63,320 nucleotides of DNA, filler included, from Piptocephalis cylindrospora (GCA_003614145.1; 5 parts of 5 records of this genome joined end to end with filler, not necessarily neighbours in it); one strand, 5' to 3'. Positions 25,480 through 38,281 are shown, counted from the whole stretch's first letter. Notes: generated by a model not told the origin, from the sequence alone. Numbers and translations are program-made.

Positions 25480-25579
25480 NNNNNNNNNNNNNNNNNNNNN
25501 NNNNNNNNNNNNNNNNNNNNNNNTTAATTAATTAANNNNNNNNNNNNNNNNNNNNNNNNNNNNNNNNNNNNNNNNNNNN
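25480..25579. other. Artificial contig spacer
   Basis: N44-TTAATTAATTAA-N44. Confidence 0.97.
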
Positions 25580-25828
25580 TTTGGTCCTCTTCATCCCCTT
25601 GGAATGGCCATTCAGGCCCCTGTTAAAGGGGAAGGTGGTGGGTTTGCCCCTTTTTGTCTTTCTTTCCTTCTTCCCTCCCCTGTCCCCCCCCCCCCCCTCT
25701 TTCCCCCCCTTCCTATACAGTATCGTTTTTTGCGTGGTTGGCGCATCCTTTCCCTTCTCTTTCCCCCCCCCCCCTTTCGTCATCCGCCACACGTCTTTTC
25801 CGTCCACTCACCCCTCCCTCCCCTTTCA

Positions 25829-28800
25829 ATGACTCAGCATGGGCCTAGGGATGGCGCAGCAAGCGAGGTCCAAGGTGTCGAGGCGTACACGCGTAGAAGA
25901 GGCCGCGATGGAGAACCGCTCTATCCTTCAAGCCTATCCACCATCTCGAATGTCATCCCTCTCTCCTCCTCCCCCGGACCATTTGGAGGAGGAGAGGGTG
26001 TGAGCTTCCATCGACGTCGGTCCTCGGCCCACACTCCTCCATTTCACATTGCTCGATCCTACGTCTCTGGATCCTACACTCACGAGTCCCCCTTGACCAC
26101 CCAGACTCGTCAGGGTAAGAGTGGCCTGGTTTGAAGTCGCGTTGTAATCTTCTCATCCATCCTTTCTCTTCTCACTCCCTCCATCCTTAGAGGTGCCCGA
26201 TTACACGGAAAGCCCTTCGGACATCCGCAACCAATCCCTTGCCCTGACCTCCATGGATGCTGACATTCCGTCGGATGAGTCCCTGGATGACACCATCCTC
26301 TCCACCTCTAGTCTGGGTCTGACCTCGGCCGATACCTCCTCCTCCCAAGCCCCCCTTCCCCCAGTGTCCCCTGCCCTGAGTACCAGCCCTACATCTTTTT
26401 CCGCGCCCTCCCCACTGGGAGCCGCTAGTCCCACGAGTCAGAAAACACATTCACCGGAGGATTGGAGGACCCCCTCGGAGGCATCCCCCTTACTTCCCAC
26501 GGTGGATCCCTCGGCCCAAGGCCATCCCTCATCCTCTGGCCACGGTCCATCCTCCTCTTACCATGGCTCGCCCCATCCACTTCCTCCGGGGCCGTCCAAT
26601 TCCTTGTACAAGTCCTTTTCTTCTTTTTCCTTTCACCGTGTAAAGGACTCTTGGAGGATGCGGAAGCCTGTTTCCTGGAGGCAATGGTTCATCACAGAAT
26701 CCTCCCTGACTATCCATTGCATTCCTGCCGTCTTTCTCGGCCTGATCCTAAACATCCTTGATGCTGTGTCTTACGGTGAGCTCCCCTCTCTCCCTCCTTT
26801 AGTCCTCCCCTTCCCTCCACTCATCCATCTTCACTAGGTATGATTATTTTCCCCCTCTCCATCCCACTCTTCTCCACCTTTGGTCCCGATGGCATCTCCA
26901 TGTTCCTCTTTAGTGCCGTCATCTCCCAGGTGTGCTACAGCGGAGGTCTGAGCATGTTTGGTGGGAGCAATGGAAATATGATGGTCGAGGTCATGCCCTT
27001 CCTTCACGTCATCGCCCAGACCATCCTTCAGGATGTTCGAGAGGCCGGTGGTTCCGATGAGACCATCGTTGCCACCACCATGGTTGCCTACTCCCTCTCC
27101 ACCATCCTCACCGGCATAGTCTTCATGGCCCTAGGATACTGGAAGCTCGGCTCCCTCGTCGAGTTCTTCCCTCGGCACATCCTCGTCGGGTGCATCGGCG
27201 GTGTGGGCTACTTTCTCCTTCAGACCGGCTTTGAGGTCACCACTCGACTTGACCTATCCCTTTCCTTAGCTACTCTCAAGGACCTCTTTTCCCTTGCCGT
27301 CTTTCCTCTCTGGTTATGCCCCTTTGTCTTGGCTCTCCTTCTTCGAGCCCTACAGCTTCGCTTCCATCACCCCATGGTCGTCCCTCTCTTCTTCCTCGTC
27401 GTACCCTGCCTCTTCTACGCCCTAGTACCCCTGGGCCCCTGGAGCCTTGAGGACCTCAGAGATCTCGGCTGGCTCTTCCCCCTGCCCAAGCCTGCCGTTC
27501 CCTTTTACGACTTTTGGACCAAATTCAACTTTGCCGCTACCTCCTGGTCCACCATCCCTAGAACTATCCCCATTATGCTAGGCCTCACCTTTTTTGGCAT
27601 CCTCCACGTTCCCATCAATGTCCCGGCCCTTGGAGTCTCCACCGGCAGGGACGTCGATACCAACCGGGAGCTCGTCGCCCATGGATGGTCCAATCTCCTC
27701 GCTGGTTTCACCGGCACCATCCAGAATTACCTGGTTTACTCCAATAGTGTCCTGTTCATCCGGTGTGGTGGTGATTCCCGGCGTGCCGGTCTTCTCCTCG
27801 CGCTTTTCACCTTCCTCATCTTTCTGGGTGGACCCTGGGTCGTCGGGTACATCCCCTCCATGGTCGTCGGCGCTCTCATCTTCCATCTGGGCATGGAGCT
27901 GCTCAAGGAGGCTGTCTGGGACACCCGTGATGCCCTTCACCCTCTAGAGTACACCACGGTCTGGCTCATTGTCATATCCATGGGTGCCATTGGCTTCATG
28001 GAGGGCATTCTCCTTGGTGTTCTGGCCGCTTGTCTCTTTTTTGTCATCCTCTACAGTCGTCGTCGTACCATCCGTCTTTCTTGCTCCGGTCGGGGATTAC
28101 GTAGTCGAGTCAAACGTCCCTACCGTCAGGGTCGTTACCTGGATGAGGCCACTCGTCAGATTCACATCCTGCAGCTTCAGGGGTTCCTCTTTTTCGGTAC
28201 TGTAGGAACTGTCGAACGCGAGATCCATCAGGCCATTGGCTCATCCTCTGGTAACTCCTCTTCCGCTCCCCCTCCCCCTTCTTCTACCGCCATTGAAGGA
28301 GTGGGGATTGACTCTGTCCCCATCCGGTACATGATCCTAGACTTTGCCCTGGTCAGTGGTCTGGACTTTTCGGCCGCCGAGGCCTTTATTCGCACCAAGA
28401 GGGCCCTGGATACTCGTGGAGTCCATTTAATCTTCTGTGGCGTTAGTCGAGACGGAGATGTGGGAAAGGCCCTGAGAAAAGCCATGCTCTGGGGAGGAGA
28501 AGAGTCCCGGGGGATGGAGGCAGACTCCTCGCTTCTCGTTAGCGACGAGGAGGAGTCCATGGAATCTGGGGGTTTTGATGGCAAAGTTCGCGTCTTTCCT
28601 TCCCTTAACGAGGCCCTTGAATCCTGCGAAAATGCCCTTTTGCGCCACTTTTACCGTCAACGTCAGCATCTTGCGGCCAGTCGAGAGGCTCTTCTTACTG
28701 CCTCTGCCATTGCTTCATCAACTCAGGGACGGGGCACCACATCAGGTGGAACCAACGCTTTCCCTAAGGTGAAGAATGGACGCATGAAGCGGAAGTCCTC

Positions 28801-29671
28801 TAATCCTGGTCTGAGTGATCCATGGAGCCTTGCCGAGGATGAAATTGATGTGACCAAGGAGTATGAAGAAGAAGAAGAAGAAGATGATGATGATGAGGAG
28901 GAGGAGGAGGAAGAATCTGAGGAGGGAGGGGCGGTGGGGGATCATTTTGCCCTCAATACCTCAGGCACACTTCCCATCCCCACAGGTACCTCCTCCTTCT
29001 CCCCCCCTCCTGGTATCATGGACAAGATGACCCCAAGAACCGTTCATCTTCATCAGACTGCCCAGATGATTCTTTCAGCTAGAGTCGAGGATCAAGGGGA
29101 TCACCTTCTCGCTGAACCCCTTCCTCCCTCCTCTGACTCTCCTCCCTCACCTCGTCTCCCCCGAGCCCCCCCTCTGTCCTCCACCCGTGGTAACTATCCA
29201 CAACCTCTTGGTCTACTTATGCAAGCCTTCCAGGAGTTGGGTGGCCGGGGCAAAGAGGCTCTTCTTCACCGCATTTCCTCCCACTTCACTTCTCGGGATG
29301 TCCGGGAAGGGGAGGTCTTGTGGAGGGAGGGAGATGTGCCTGATGGTCTCGCTCTCGTGGAAAGTGGACTTCTTCGGGCTTCAGTGCGCTTCGAAGGTCG
29401 ATCACGCGTCGTGGAAAGTGTCCTCCCCAGTACGGTATGTGGGGAAATGGATATCTTCACTGAAAGTGGTGGAGGTGGGCGACGACGACGACGAGGTGTC
29501 ACCATGCAGGTGGAACGGAGGGGTCGGGTATGGTGGCTGAGCTTGGAGGCTTGGGAGGCCCTCAAGACCGAGGACCCCGCCACGGCCCTAGGTTTCATGT
29601 CACTTGCTCTCGGATACAGTGCTCAAGGGATGGATACGTTGGTGGTTCATGCGTTGCACATTCAAGGGTAA
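25829..29671 (+). CDS. SLC26/SulP transporter with STAS and cNMP-binding-like domains (Vsb1-like)
   Basis: LNILDAVSYG/MIIFP, FFPRHILVGCIGGVG, TFFGILHVPINVPAL, TIQNYLVYSNS, LQGFLFFGT, ILDFALVSGLDFSA, LWREGD...GEMDIF; two introns. Confidence 0.9.
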
Positions 29672-29857
29672 TGGATGTGGTATAGTGTCTTTGCATCATC
29701 TTGCTCTGGGTTGCTCAATTAAAAGGATCAAATGAGGTTTTCTTTCGTGGAAAGAAGTGAATTTATCATTGCTTGTGGCCTAATAATAATAATAATATGA
29801 CAGGGGATTGAGAGAGAAGAAAGTGTATTGAACTTTTCTCTACAGTGGAAGAAGTAA

Positions 29858-30974
29858 TCATTTGGGTTCAGTAAGAAGTCGACGAATATCCTGATCCTTG
29901 GCCATATCAGCTGGCGTTTCCTTGGACCGGTTAAGGATGTACAGGGGGGCTTTCTTTTGGAGGAGGAGGGTGCACACGTCCCGATGTTCCTCCTCGGCGG
30001 CCAGATGCAAAGGAGTGTTACCTAGCCCATCAGTGGGGGAAATCCTGGCCTTCCCCTTCTCCAAGAGGAGTCGTGCAAACTCCAGGTGACCTAGGGTGCA
30101 AGCACGATGCCTTTTCGGGAAGCAGGTGAGCGTGCTCGTTGCATATGGGGGCGGGAGAGAGAAAGAGAGACTGGGCTCCAATGCGGAGGAAGAGGGAGAT
30201 ACTTACAAAGCAGTTTGCTTGAATCGATTGGACATGTCCACGCTGATGCCCTTTTCAATTAAGTAAGCGGCAATCTGATGGTGATGATGGTGATTAGGCC
30301 GGAGCAACAAGTGGAACTCTATTAGCGTTGTTATTCAAAAGGATGATCACTAACCTCAAGATGATTTTTAGAAGCTGTGTAATGTCTTTAGAGGGAGAGT
30401 GAGAGAGTGAGGGGGGTATAAGCTAGGAAAAATGCGAGTTGGAAGATATAAAATACTTACAGAGCAGTGGAGAGTGTATCATTGACAGCATTAACATCGG
30501 CTCCATGCTCAGTCAGATACCGGACCACATCTGCCTTTCCAGCTGAGGCGGAAATCATCAATGGGGTCCATCCGTCCTAGGATACGGTAAAGAAGAGAAA
30601 TTAGAGGAAGTAAAGAGGCCACCTTAGGAGACAAAGATACCTCATCTACGGAATTGACATCGGAGCCAGCATCCACAAGATAGGTAACCACCTTTATATG
30701 GCCTCCCGAGGCTACATATGTGAATATATGAGCGAGGATGTGTGATGAGTACACTGGTCTCTCTTTCTCTCTGTCTCTCTCTCAACTTACCTGCCCAATG
30801 CAATGGAATTCTTTCGTCCTGGTGAGGGGAGGATGTGTGAGTCAAGTCAGGCAAACATGTATCGAGTTGATCAGAGTAGCCTACTTCATCCCGTCGGGAA
30901 AGTACAGCCTTGTCCTCCTCGACCATGCTGCGCAGAGTTAGTAGATTGCCTTCGAGAGCAGCTTCGGATGCCAT
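29858..30974 (-). CDS. NAS6: Ankyrin-repeat proteasome assembly chaperone (gankyrin/Nas6-like)
   Basis: Spliced DERIPLHWA/ASGGH, DGWTPLMISASAG, HYTASKNH, HRACTLGH, GNTPLHLAAEE; about six short introns. Confidence 0.85.
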
Positions 30975-31565
30975 GTTAAGTTTTGAAGGAATGGAATGAG
31001 AGTTGGAAAGAAGGAAGATGAGCTGGAGAGGTATGAGTACTTTAGAGGAGGAGAGCATGTCTATTTATCCAAGACCGCCCTTGCCTGGCCTCCACGATGC
31101 AGTGTGTTGCGTGGCTCCTTCAAAGTCATCATTAAGCACATTTACCTTTCATGTGTGTGCTTCACAGCCCCTTGGTTGGATGGTGTCGTTGAAACAGGGG
31201 GGCTCCATTCGCGATGACCCTGTCGTGTGTGTTTTTTTGTCATCCGCGTCAAAACAACCTGAGACAAACGTGCCCCTCACGCGTGTGTGGAGGCTGCACG
31301 GTGATGTCATGTTGCATACTTTGAATGATGATCAGGTGTTTAGAGAGAGCAATAACAAGGCTCAGGAGGCTGGGCCAACCCAGCAAAGAGCCTGCAATGA
31401 TCGTTTCTCGACTAGGCTGGGTCTTTCAATATCCGACTAGGAGTAATGGGTGACTCCCCTGTGGCATCTCCGCCCGATCCTATCCTATCCGATCCCCGTT
31501 TCTCCTTCTCCCTTCTTTCTTCTCTCTTGTCCCTTTTTCCCACAACTTTCCAGCATTACCCTACT

Positions 31566-32580
31566 ATGACCACGGATGTCAACATGACCAAGGACACCCT
31601 AGATTTGGATGACCTACGTGCCCAATGGGATGAGTAGGTGTTGTAAAGGATGTTGTATTGATGATAGGGCCAGATCAGCCCCCCTCCCCCTCCCTTCAGT
31701 CTCATCTTGCTCCCACATAGACAACAGGTCAAGCTAGCTGGACAAAGGGTAACCGATACTCAGATCCCCCAGTGGACTCGGTCTGAGACGGACCCGTGGA
31801 AGGGCCTGGTCCGAGTAGGCGGGGTCGACGTCAGTTTCCTCAAAGAGGATCCATCTATTGCCGTGGCTGCTCTCGTTGTCCTAGCCTTTCCATCTTTGAA
31901 GGTAGGGTAGGAATCGAAGGTGGATGAAAGTGAATCTTGAGATTGACCTATCCCATAGATCCTTCATCAAGAGTACCTTCAAATCCGAATGGAGGTTCCT
32001 TACATGGCTGGGTATCTAGCTTTTCGGGAGGTCAGGCCTCTTGAAACCATCTTGGATCGGCTGAGCCAATCCAAACCAGAGTGTATGCCTCAGGTATGTG
32101 GGTGCGTCTGAGACTTCTCATTCTACCTATCTGATCCTCTCCCCTTCACCCTTTCCCTTGAATAAGGTCATCTTGGTGGATGGAAATGGGACACTGCATC
32201 CCCGTCGCTTTGGCCTTGCCTGCCATCTTGGAGTGATGATGGATTTACCGACAATTGGAGTAGCCAAGAACTTCCTCAATCTGGATGATGGCCCCCTCCT
32301 TACTCTGGCCGAGGTCAAGCGACGGGCCAAGGAGAATTTGGACATCAAGGGTGATTCCTTTGATCTAACCGGGGAGAGTGGGTACACATATGGAGTGGGC
32401 CTCCTTACGTCCTCTGGAGCCTCCAATCCCCTTTTTATCAGTCCGGGCCATCGAATCTCCCTGGAGGATGCCATCTCTGTTGTCCTTGCTTGTTCTATCC
32501 ATCGAATTCCCGAACCTGTTCGGGCTGCCGATCTCCTCTCCCGACAGTACATTCGGGAGCATCTCTCTAGGCCAGAATAG
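31566..32580 (+). CDS. ENDOV: Endonuclease V (inosine-specific nuclease)
   Basis: [63 protein letters not shown]; three introns. Confidence 0.95.
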
Positions 32581-33211
32581 ACGTCGTCCGACAGGTACAA
32601 ATGTATGAGTCACTCAGGATTGACCTATCCTCTCCCCTAGTCGCCTGTGTAAGAATCAACTAGTATCATTCACTTATCCTTTTTCTTGGAAGAATGACGT
32701 GTATGGATGTATGTGGCTTCTTTAAACATCCACACTGTGCTGAAAATGCCTCTGCCTTTTGAGCGGAAAAAGGGTTTTGTTATACTTCCTAGGAGGTGCT
32801 CATGTGTCCAATGTTCAGTCTCCCTACCACGAGGATGAGGCCAGCTGAACAATACCCTTCTCCCTCCTTTTCCACCTAGCACGAAGGTGTGGTTAGGGCA
32901 GGAAACAGGTGATGTACATGTCCTGCTGCTAAACGCGGCTTTTCTCCCTTATCAACTCCGCCTTGCCCATCCCCATCTGGACTCCTTGTTTCGGCGATCC
33001 TCGGAATACCAATCCACGAGGAGACGGGTCAAGGAGTTGATTGTGGTTCATCCTGGCGGTCGTCATCCAATGTGACCTTGAATGGCCCATACAGATAAAA
33101 AGAGCTGGGTCTAGAGTCAAAATATCATCCTCCGTTTCTCTTCTCTGCTTTGCCCGACTTCACCATCATCACTATCACCTCCTTAACGAACCATTCTCTT
33201 CTAGCGTTACC

Positions 33212-34243
33212 ATGTCCCCATTCTCGCTATTGATGCTCACTCTCCTATCGAGTATGGCCCTTGCCTTATCCACCTCTCCAGAGACTTGTGTACCTCCTCG
33301 CCGCTTTCCCTCCTCGTCCCTATCCGATAGGGCTTTTGCCTTACACACTTCTTCAAGGGCTATTGTGATCCCTAGCCGCGTTTTCTCCTCTTCCTCCTCC
33401 TTCTTTGGGCTTTCTCTCATTAAAGGGGATATGGTACGTCTAGCTCATGGCCCAAGTTTTTCCCAGCTCATACAGGGCGCCGTCCGGTCCTGCGTCACCA
33501 AGGAATATAAGGCATGGGCACCCCTGCTCATCGATTCCCTTCCCTTTATCCGATATCCTCTGAACGAAATTTTGCTTGGAATCCTGGAGCGCGGAAAGAC
33601 CATGAAGCCGCCCTTGGATAATTTCCTGACCAAGGCACAACGGGAAACCCTGTCATCATGGCTACGGGTTACACCAAAAAGCCGAATGGATCGGGCCTTG
33701 CATCGTTTACAGGAAGACATGTCGGCTGAGATGGAGCTCTTTACTCACTTGATCATCGAGTCCAAGGTCAATGTCATGCTCGGGATATTTGATGCCATGG
33801 CTTCTGGTGACACCCGGAAGGGAACACTTCCCCCTGTTCCCATTGTATGGACTAAGAAGCAGGCTCTGGATTATTATGTTAGGAACATTTTACCCGTGGT
33901 CATGGAAAATTTCGACTGGTATCGCCAACACCGTCTTCACCAGGTCACTGAAGGATTTATCCAGAACTTTGTCTATGATATCATGCCTAATTACCTGAAA
34001 AACTCTACCGTTGCTTGCGACGTTGCCGAGAGAGCAGCCCATGCTACTGCCCTCATTCTCCGAACTCCCATAGACTGGGCATGGAAGGGAATCACCAGGC
34101 AAGTTTGGGCTGGTTCCGAGGCCCGAATGCGCCTCTGGCTCGGGATGAAGCCGAAGTCGAAGCCTGGACGAGTCGTTCAGTGGCCCGCTGGGATGAAAGA
34201 AAAGCCCGTGGAGCTTCAGATTTTTGAGGGCAACCCCTTCTGA
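33212..34243 (+). CDS. Orphan secreted protein
   Basis: Long intronless ORF; signal peptide MSPFSLLMLTLLSSMALA; no motif recognised. Confidence 0.7.
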   Translation: MSPFSLLMLTLLSSMALALSTSPETCVPPRRFPSSSLSDRAFALHTSSRAIVIPSRVFSSSSSFFGLSLIKGDMVRLAHGPSFSQLIQGAVRSCVTKEYKAWAPLLIDSLPFIRYPLNEILLGILERGKTMKPPLDNFLTKAQRETLSSWLRVTPKSRMDRALHRLQEDMSAEMELFTHLIIESKVNVMLGIFDAMASGDTRKGTLPPVPIVWTKKQALDYYVRNILPVVMENFDWYRQHRLHQVTEGFIQNFVYDIMPNYLKNSTVACDVAERAAHATALILRTPIDWAWKGITRQVWAGSEARMRLWLGMKPKSKPGRVVQWPAGMKEKPVELQIFEGNPF

Positions 34244-34406
34244 TGGGAATCACATTTTTGACTGATTGTATTATTTCCAGAGATGAATGAGACCGATTTT
34301 TTTAAATCACAAGCAATAGAGGCCATCCTAGCCCCCATTCCTTCTTATCTCTATTCAATCCCCAGTTCTAAGCATTATCTATCTTTAGCCCCTCTCTACT
34401 CCCACT

Positions 34407-35612
34407 CTATCGATGCGCGGATGGGTAAAGAACATCAGTGGCTTCGTAGGATGTTTCAGTTTCATCTCCTAGCACCCTGCGCGGCCAAAGATTCCGATCC
34501 ATGTATCCGTGGATGATCTCAATTATCTCCTCTTTGTTCATGCCTTTGTCATGAAGGTAGTTGAAGTCCGTGTCCCGGATGATGGCCGTGCCATCAATGT
34601 AGGTATTATGGAACATTCCATACTCAAGGTCCACATGAGGGATGAGGGGAGAGTCGACGATGTGGTGATCTTTGAGGAGGAAGAGCCAGTGCTCTTGGAT
34701 TAAGTCATTCATCTCATTCATGATCCGTTGGATCTCATCCAGGGAAGGGATTTTTTCATTTGAACTGCTGACAGCCCGGTACTGAAATCCGGGAAAGACT
34801 TGTTCATACGCTTCCAGAGTCTCCTCAGCCCTGCCCGGACTAGTGTCGGAGATATTGTAAATCATCGTGCCCTGGACCTTCTCTTGAACGTACCATTCAG
34901 CCAGATGGATCATAGCCCGGGCCACATCCACCACATGAGCTAGGCTGTACCGCACATCCTTGGTCGCTGTGAGCTCCCAAGTCTTCTTGATCCGCGAGAA
35001 GATGTCACTGCCGATGAGCATGGTGCCAAAGAGGCCCATCTCGTCTGGACCCCATAAGACAGCTGGCCGAACGAGGATTAGGGGGAGGCCCTGGATGGCC
35101 TGAAGTTCCTTTTCCATCCGCAATGTGTACCGGCCCTTCAGGGTGATGGCCTCCATAGGACATTCCTCGGTGCACCGAACCGGATTCCCCTCTGCATCCC
35201 AGCGTTCCTTATAGAAGATGGCTGTAGACATGTGGACGTAGGCCTTGACCCCGGATGCCCTGGCCTGTCGGGCCCACATGACAGGACGAATGAGGAAGCG
35301 CTGTCGATGTACCTCTTCAACTTCCCAGTTGCTAGCAACGGAGGAGCAGTTGATGACCCAATCAAAGGTACCTCCATTCGGCAGGGAAAAGGCTTCCTCG
35401 ACGGCACTAGGGTTGGACATGTTGACTTGACAGTACTCAGCCGCATCAAAGGCCCTGACATGCTGACGACTCAGATGAGACGTTCGAGGCATCTTCTCAT
35501 CCACCACCCGTACCAGGCTTCCCGATTGCACTCCGTATGTCGGCACCAGGAGGGCTACCACATGTCTCCCCACCGAGGTGAGGCCCCCGACCACCAGGAT
35601 CTTTTTTATCAT
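34407..35612 (-). CDS. Extended SDR (NAD-dependent epimerase/dehydratase-like)
   Basis: KKILVVGGLTSVGRH Rossmann start, YVHMSTA, ILVRPAVLWGP, AHVVDVARA, IYNISD. Confidence 0.85.
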   Translation of the reverse strand: MIKKILVVGGLTSVGRHVVALLVPTYGVQSGSLVRVVDEKMPRTSHLSRQHVRAFDAAEYCQVNMSNPSAVEEAFSLPNGGTFDWVINCSSVASNWEVEEVHRQRFLIRPVMWARQARASGVKAYVHMSTAIFYKERWDAEGNPVRCTEECPMEAITLKGRYTLRMEKELQAIQGLPLILVRPAVLWGPDEMGLFGTMLIGSDIFSRIKKTWELTATKDVRYSLAHVVDVARAMIHLAEWYVQEKVQGTMIYNISDTSPGRAEETLEAYEQVFPGFQYRAVSSSNEKIPSLDEIQRIMNEMNDLIQEHWLFLLKDHHIVDSPLIPHVDLEYGMFHNTYIDGTAIIRDTDFNYLHDKGMNKEEIIEIIHGYMDRNLWPRRVLGDETETSYEATDVLYPSAHR

Positions 35613-36220
35613 TTGTGTAAAGGATGAGGTTGGTGAGATTGAGGAAGAGAGGAATAATGGTGGATGAAAAAGAATGAAAGTTGTATGACACAATGGAGAA
35701 AAGAGAAACGTAGAGAAGCCCATGAACATAACTATCCCCATATGCTGTATGTATCAAAATAGTGAGGGTAGGGGGAGGGGGACCCATGGAGATGGGGCTG
35801 GGATGGGATCACGGAGAAGGCAAGGAAGTAATGGAAGGCAGATTTGCCTGGTTCCTCATGCATGGTGCAGTCCCTAGTTGTTGAGGACGGATATATCTAA
35901 GTGTATAGGCCAGGCTGATCCATGTCTCTCGCTGTATGAGTGGGGATGAATGGAGTCAAGTGGATTGTGTGGCTTGGTCTATTGGATTGTAGTCAAGGAC
36001 CTTGCGGCGTGCGGATGCCTCCATCTGTCTCTCTCTCCTTTTTCCTAGAGATTGGAGAGTATATAAGTCTCTGGGTCCTAAAGGTAGATCTAACCATGGT
36101 CTCGAAACCCCTTATATACTAAAAGTGTGACTCATCGTGCTTTCAAGTCTCATCCCCTTATCCCAGTCTGAGGGGGGCTGCTTACTTAAATCGCCGTCCT
36201 TTTCTCCAGCCTTATTTACA

Positions 36221-36241
36221 ACACACACACACACACACACA
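36221..36241. repeat. (AC)10 microsatellite
   Basis: Read directly from the sequence. Confidence 0.9.
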
Positions 36242-36855
36242 TGAATCCAAGCTTCCGTCGTCCACCATTCCTAGTGACTCACATCAATGTGACAGGAGGT
36301 GTGGGGCTTACCGACTTCCTCTGAATCATCCTTTTCTTCCCCTCATTGTAAACGGATCCAATCACCCAGGGCATATTAATTGCTCTTTCGAGGCTCTGAT
36401 GCATTGGTCATTGCATGCCTATCCATCATGAACATCCAGTGCGCATAACAAGGCCCCTTGGCCTAGAGCAGTACAGAGGAGGTATAGACCCGAACCATCC
36501 ATCATCCTAGCTCTGTGTCATTCTCCCCTAAGGACGCTGACACATGTGTGTGGGGCGGTGTGAGGAGGCGGGGAGGGGCGAGAATGTGTGCACTCACACT
36601 AGCGGAAGAAGACTCACTCCCCTCTCATTGTGTGGTAGGACTCAGCCAGCGCGTGCCAGCCACTCGCTTTCCCGGCTCGGTCATCTTCCGTAAGCAACTT
36701 GGCCTTCGATACGCGTTCCCCTCCTTCTCACTCGTGCTTTAATACTAATACTCTGCTTTGAATCTTTGAATCTCCTACTTTATCGGTCAAGACCTCTCAC
36801 CCACCAACCTTTCTTTTCTTTCCTTCTCTTCCTCCCACCCACCATTCCTTGCAAT

Positions 36856-37579
36856 ATGCCCACCAACGAAGCTTTTGAGTTTGACAGTATCCCTAAGGCT
36901 GTAGAGGCCTTTGGTAAGCTCTTGTCTATCCCGCTTCATTCTATTCCATCCCCGCTTACATTTCACATCCCACCTCCAATGTCTAGCCCGAGGAGAATTT
37001 CTCGTCGTCGTCGATAACGAAGACCGTGAAAACGAAGGAGACTTGATTGCTTCGGCTGCCCACATGACCCCGGAAAAGATGGCGTTTATGGTTCGACACA
37101 CCTCTGGGGTCATCTGCACCCCCATGAAACCAGAAAGACTGGAGGCCCTAAAGTTGCCCCTGATGGTCCGGGAGAATGAAGATACCCATAAGACTGCCTT
37201 CACTATCACTACCGATTACCGTCATGGGACCACGACCGGCATTTCCGCTCATGATCGCTCAGTCACGGTCCGTGCCATGGCCGATCCCTCGTGTGTGGCC
37301 TCGGATTTTCATCGTCCTGGACATCTCTTCCCCCTTCGCTACACCCCTGGAGGAGTCTGTGTTCGTGGAGGCCATACCGAGGCCGCTATCGATCTATGCG
37401 ACCTGGCTAACCTCTATCCCGTCGGTGTTCTGTGTGAACTGGTCAATGAGGACGGGTCCATGTCTCGACGTGATGACTGTCGGGCCTTTGCTCAGAAACA
37501 TGGTATGTGCATGATCAGCATTACCGACCTCGCCATTTACAGGAAAAGGATGGGTAATGGGGATACCACGGCCCTCTGA
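36856..37579 (+). CDS. RIB3: 3,4-dihydroxy-2-butanone 4-phosphate synthase
   Basis: VVDNEDRENEGDL, TAFTIT, TTGISAHDR, RPGHLFPL, RGGHTEA, CELVNEDG; one intron. Confidence 0.97.
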
Positions 37580-37726
37580 GAGAGTTGTGATGTTGGGAGG
37601 GATGGGGAAAGGGCATGGGTATAAAAAAACAAGGCAGGGTTCTCTTTATGTGCGAACATGCACTGACCCTATGAAAGAAGCAAGTTTTTTTTCTACTTAC
37701 ACATACACACACACACTCACCACATC

Positions 37727-38181
37727 TCACCTCCTTAGCCGCATCAAAAAGGCATTTGGACACTGTTGGCTCGTGGAAGCCAGGTATCGGTCATAGAAAT
37801 TCACAAAAAAAGCCTCGGGTTTAAAGCCGAATCTCTGGTAAAGGATCTACCAGGGAGATGGAAATAAGAGGGTGTAAACCTCTCCACTGACCTGCATCAT
37901 GCACATACCATAGCCGGGTTCGTGGGGGAGACATGGATGACAATGTCCATTGAAGTCCCAGCCTAATAATAGATGGATGAGTGATGGGGCCCTCTATCCC
38001 CATTGCCCCTGACCTCTCACTTACTGCTTGAATCAACTGCCAGAGCATGAATCTGGTAATGAGACCCGGTTAGTCAAGGGTAGAGCGAGAATCAATTCAT
38101 ACGCTCCCTCATACACTTACTCTCCGATCCCACCCCGTTCCCATTGAGGTCTGACGGCAATGTAGGTAATGTACCCCTCTG
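37727..38181 (-). CDS. KAT14: GNAT lysine acetyltransferase, KAT14/CSRP2BP/ATAC2-like, C-terminal part (5' cut by contig end)
   Basis: Four exons give EGYITYIAVRPQWERGGIGE/FMLWQLIQA/AGTSMDIVLHVSPTNPAM/ILYQRFGFKPEAFFVNFYDRYL...CPNAFLMRLRR*. Confidence 0.85.
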
Positions 38182-38281
38182 NNNNNNNNNNNNNNNNNNN
38201 NNNNNNNNNNNNNNNNNNNNNNNNNTTAATTAATTAANNNNNNNNNNNNNNNNNNNNNNNNNNNNNNNNNNNNNNNNNNNN
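38182..38281. other. Artificial contig spacer
   Basis: N44-TTAATTAATTAA-N44. Confidence 0.97.

Noticed and set aside
24990..25830. Pro/Ser-rich ORFs around the second spacer
   Set aside because: Low-complexity C-rich contig ends, probably low quality.
17950..32580. ATG101 and ENDOV as horizontal transfers
   Set aside because: Both carry introns and are ancestral eukaryotic genes merely lost in budding yeast.
36300..36855. FMN or TPP riboswitch upstream of RIB3
   Set aside because: No recognisable conserved aptamer motifs.
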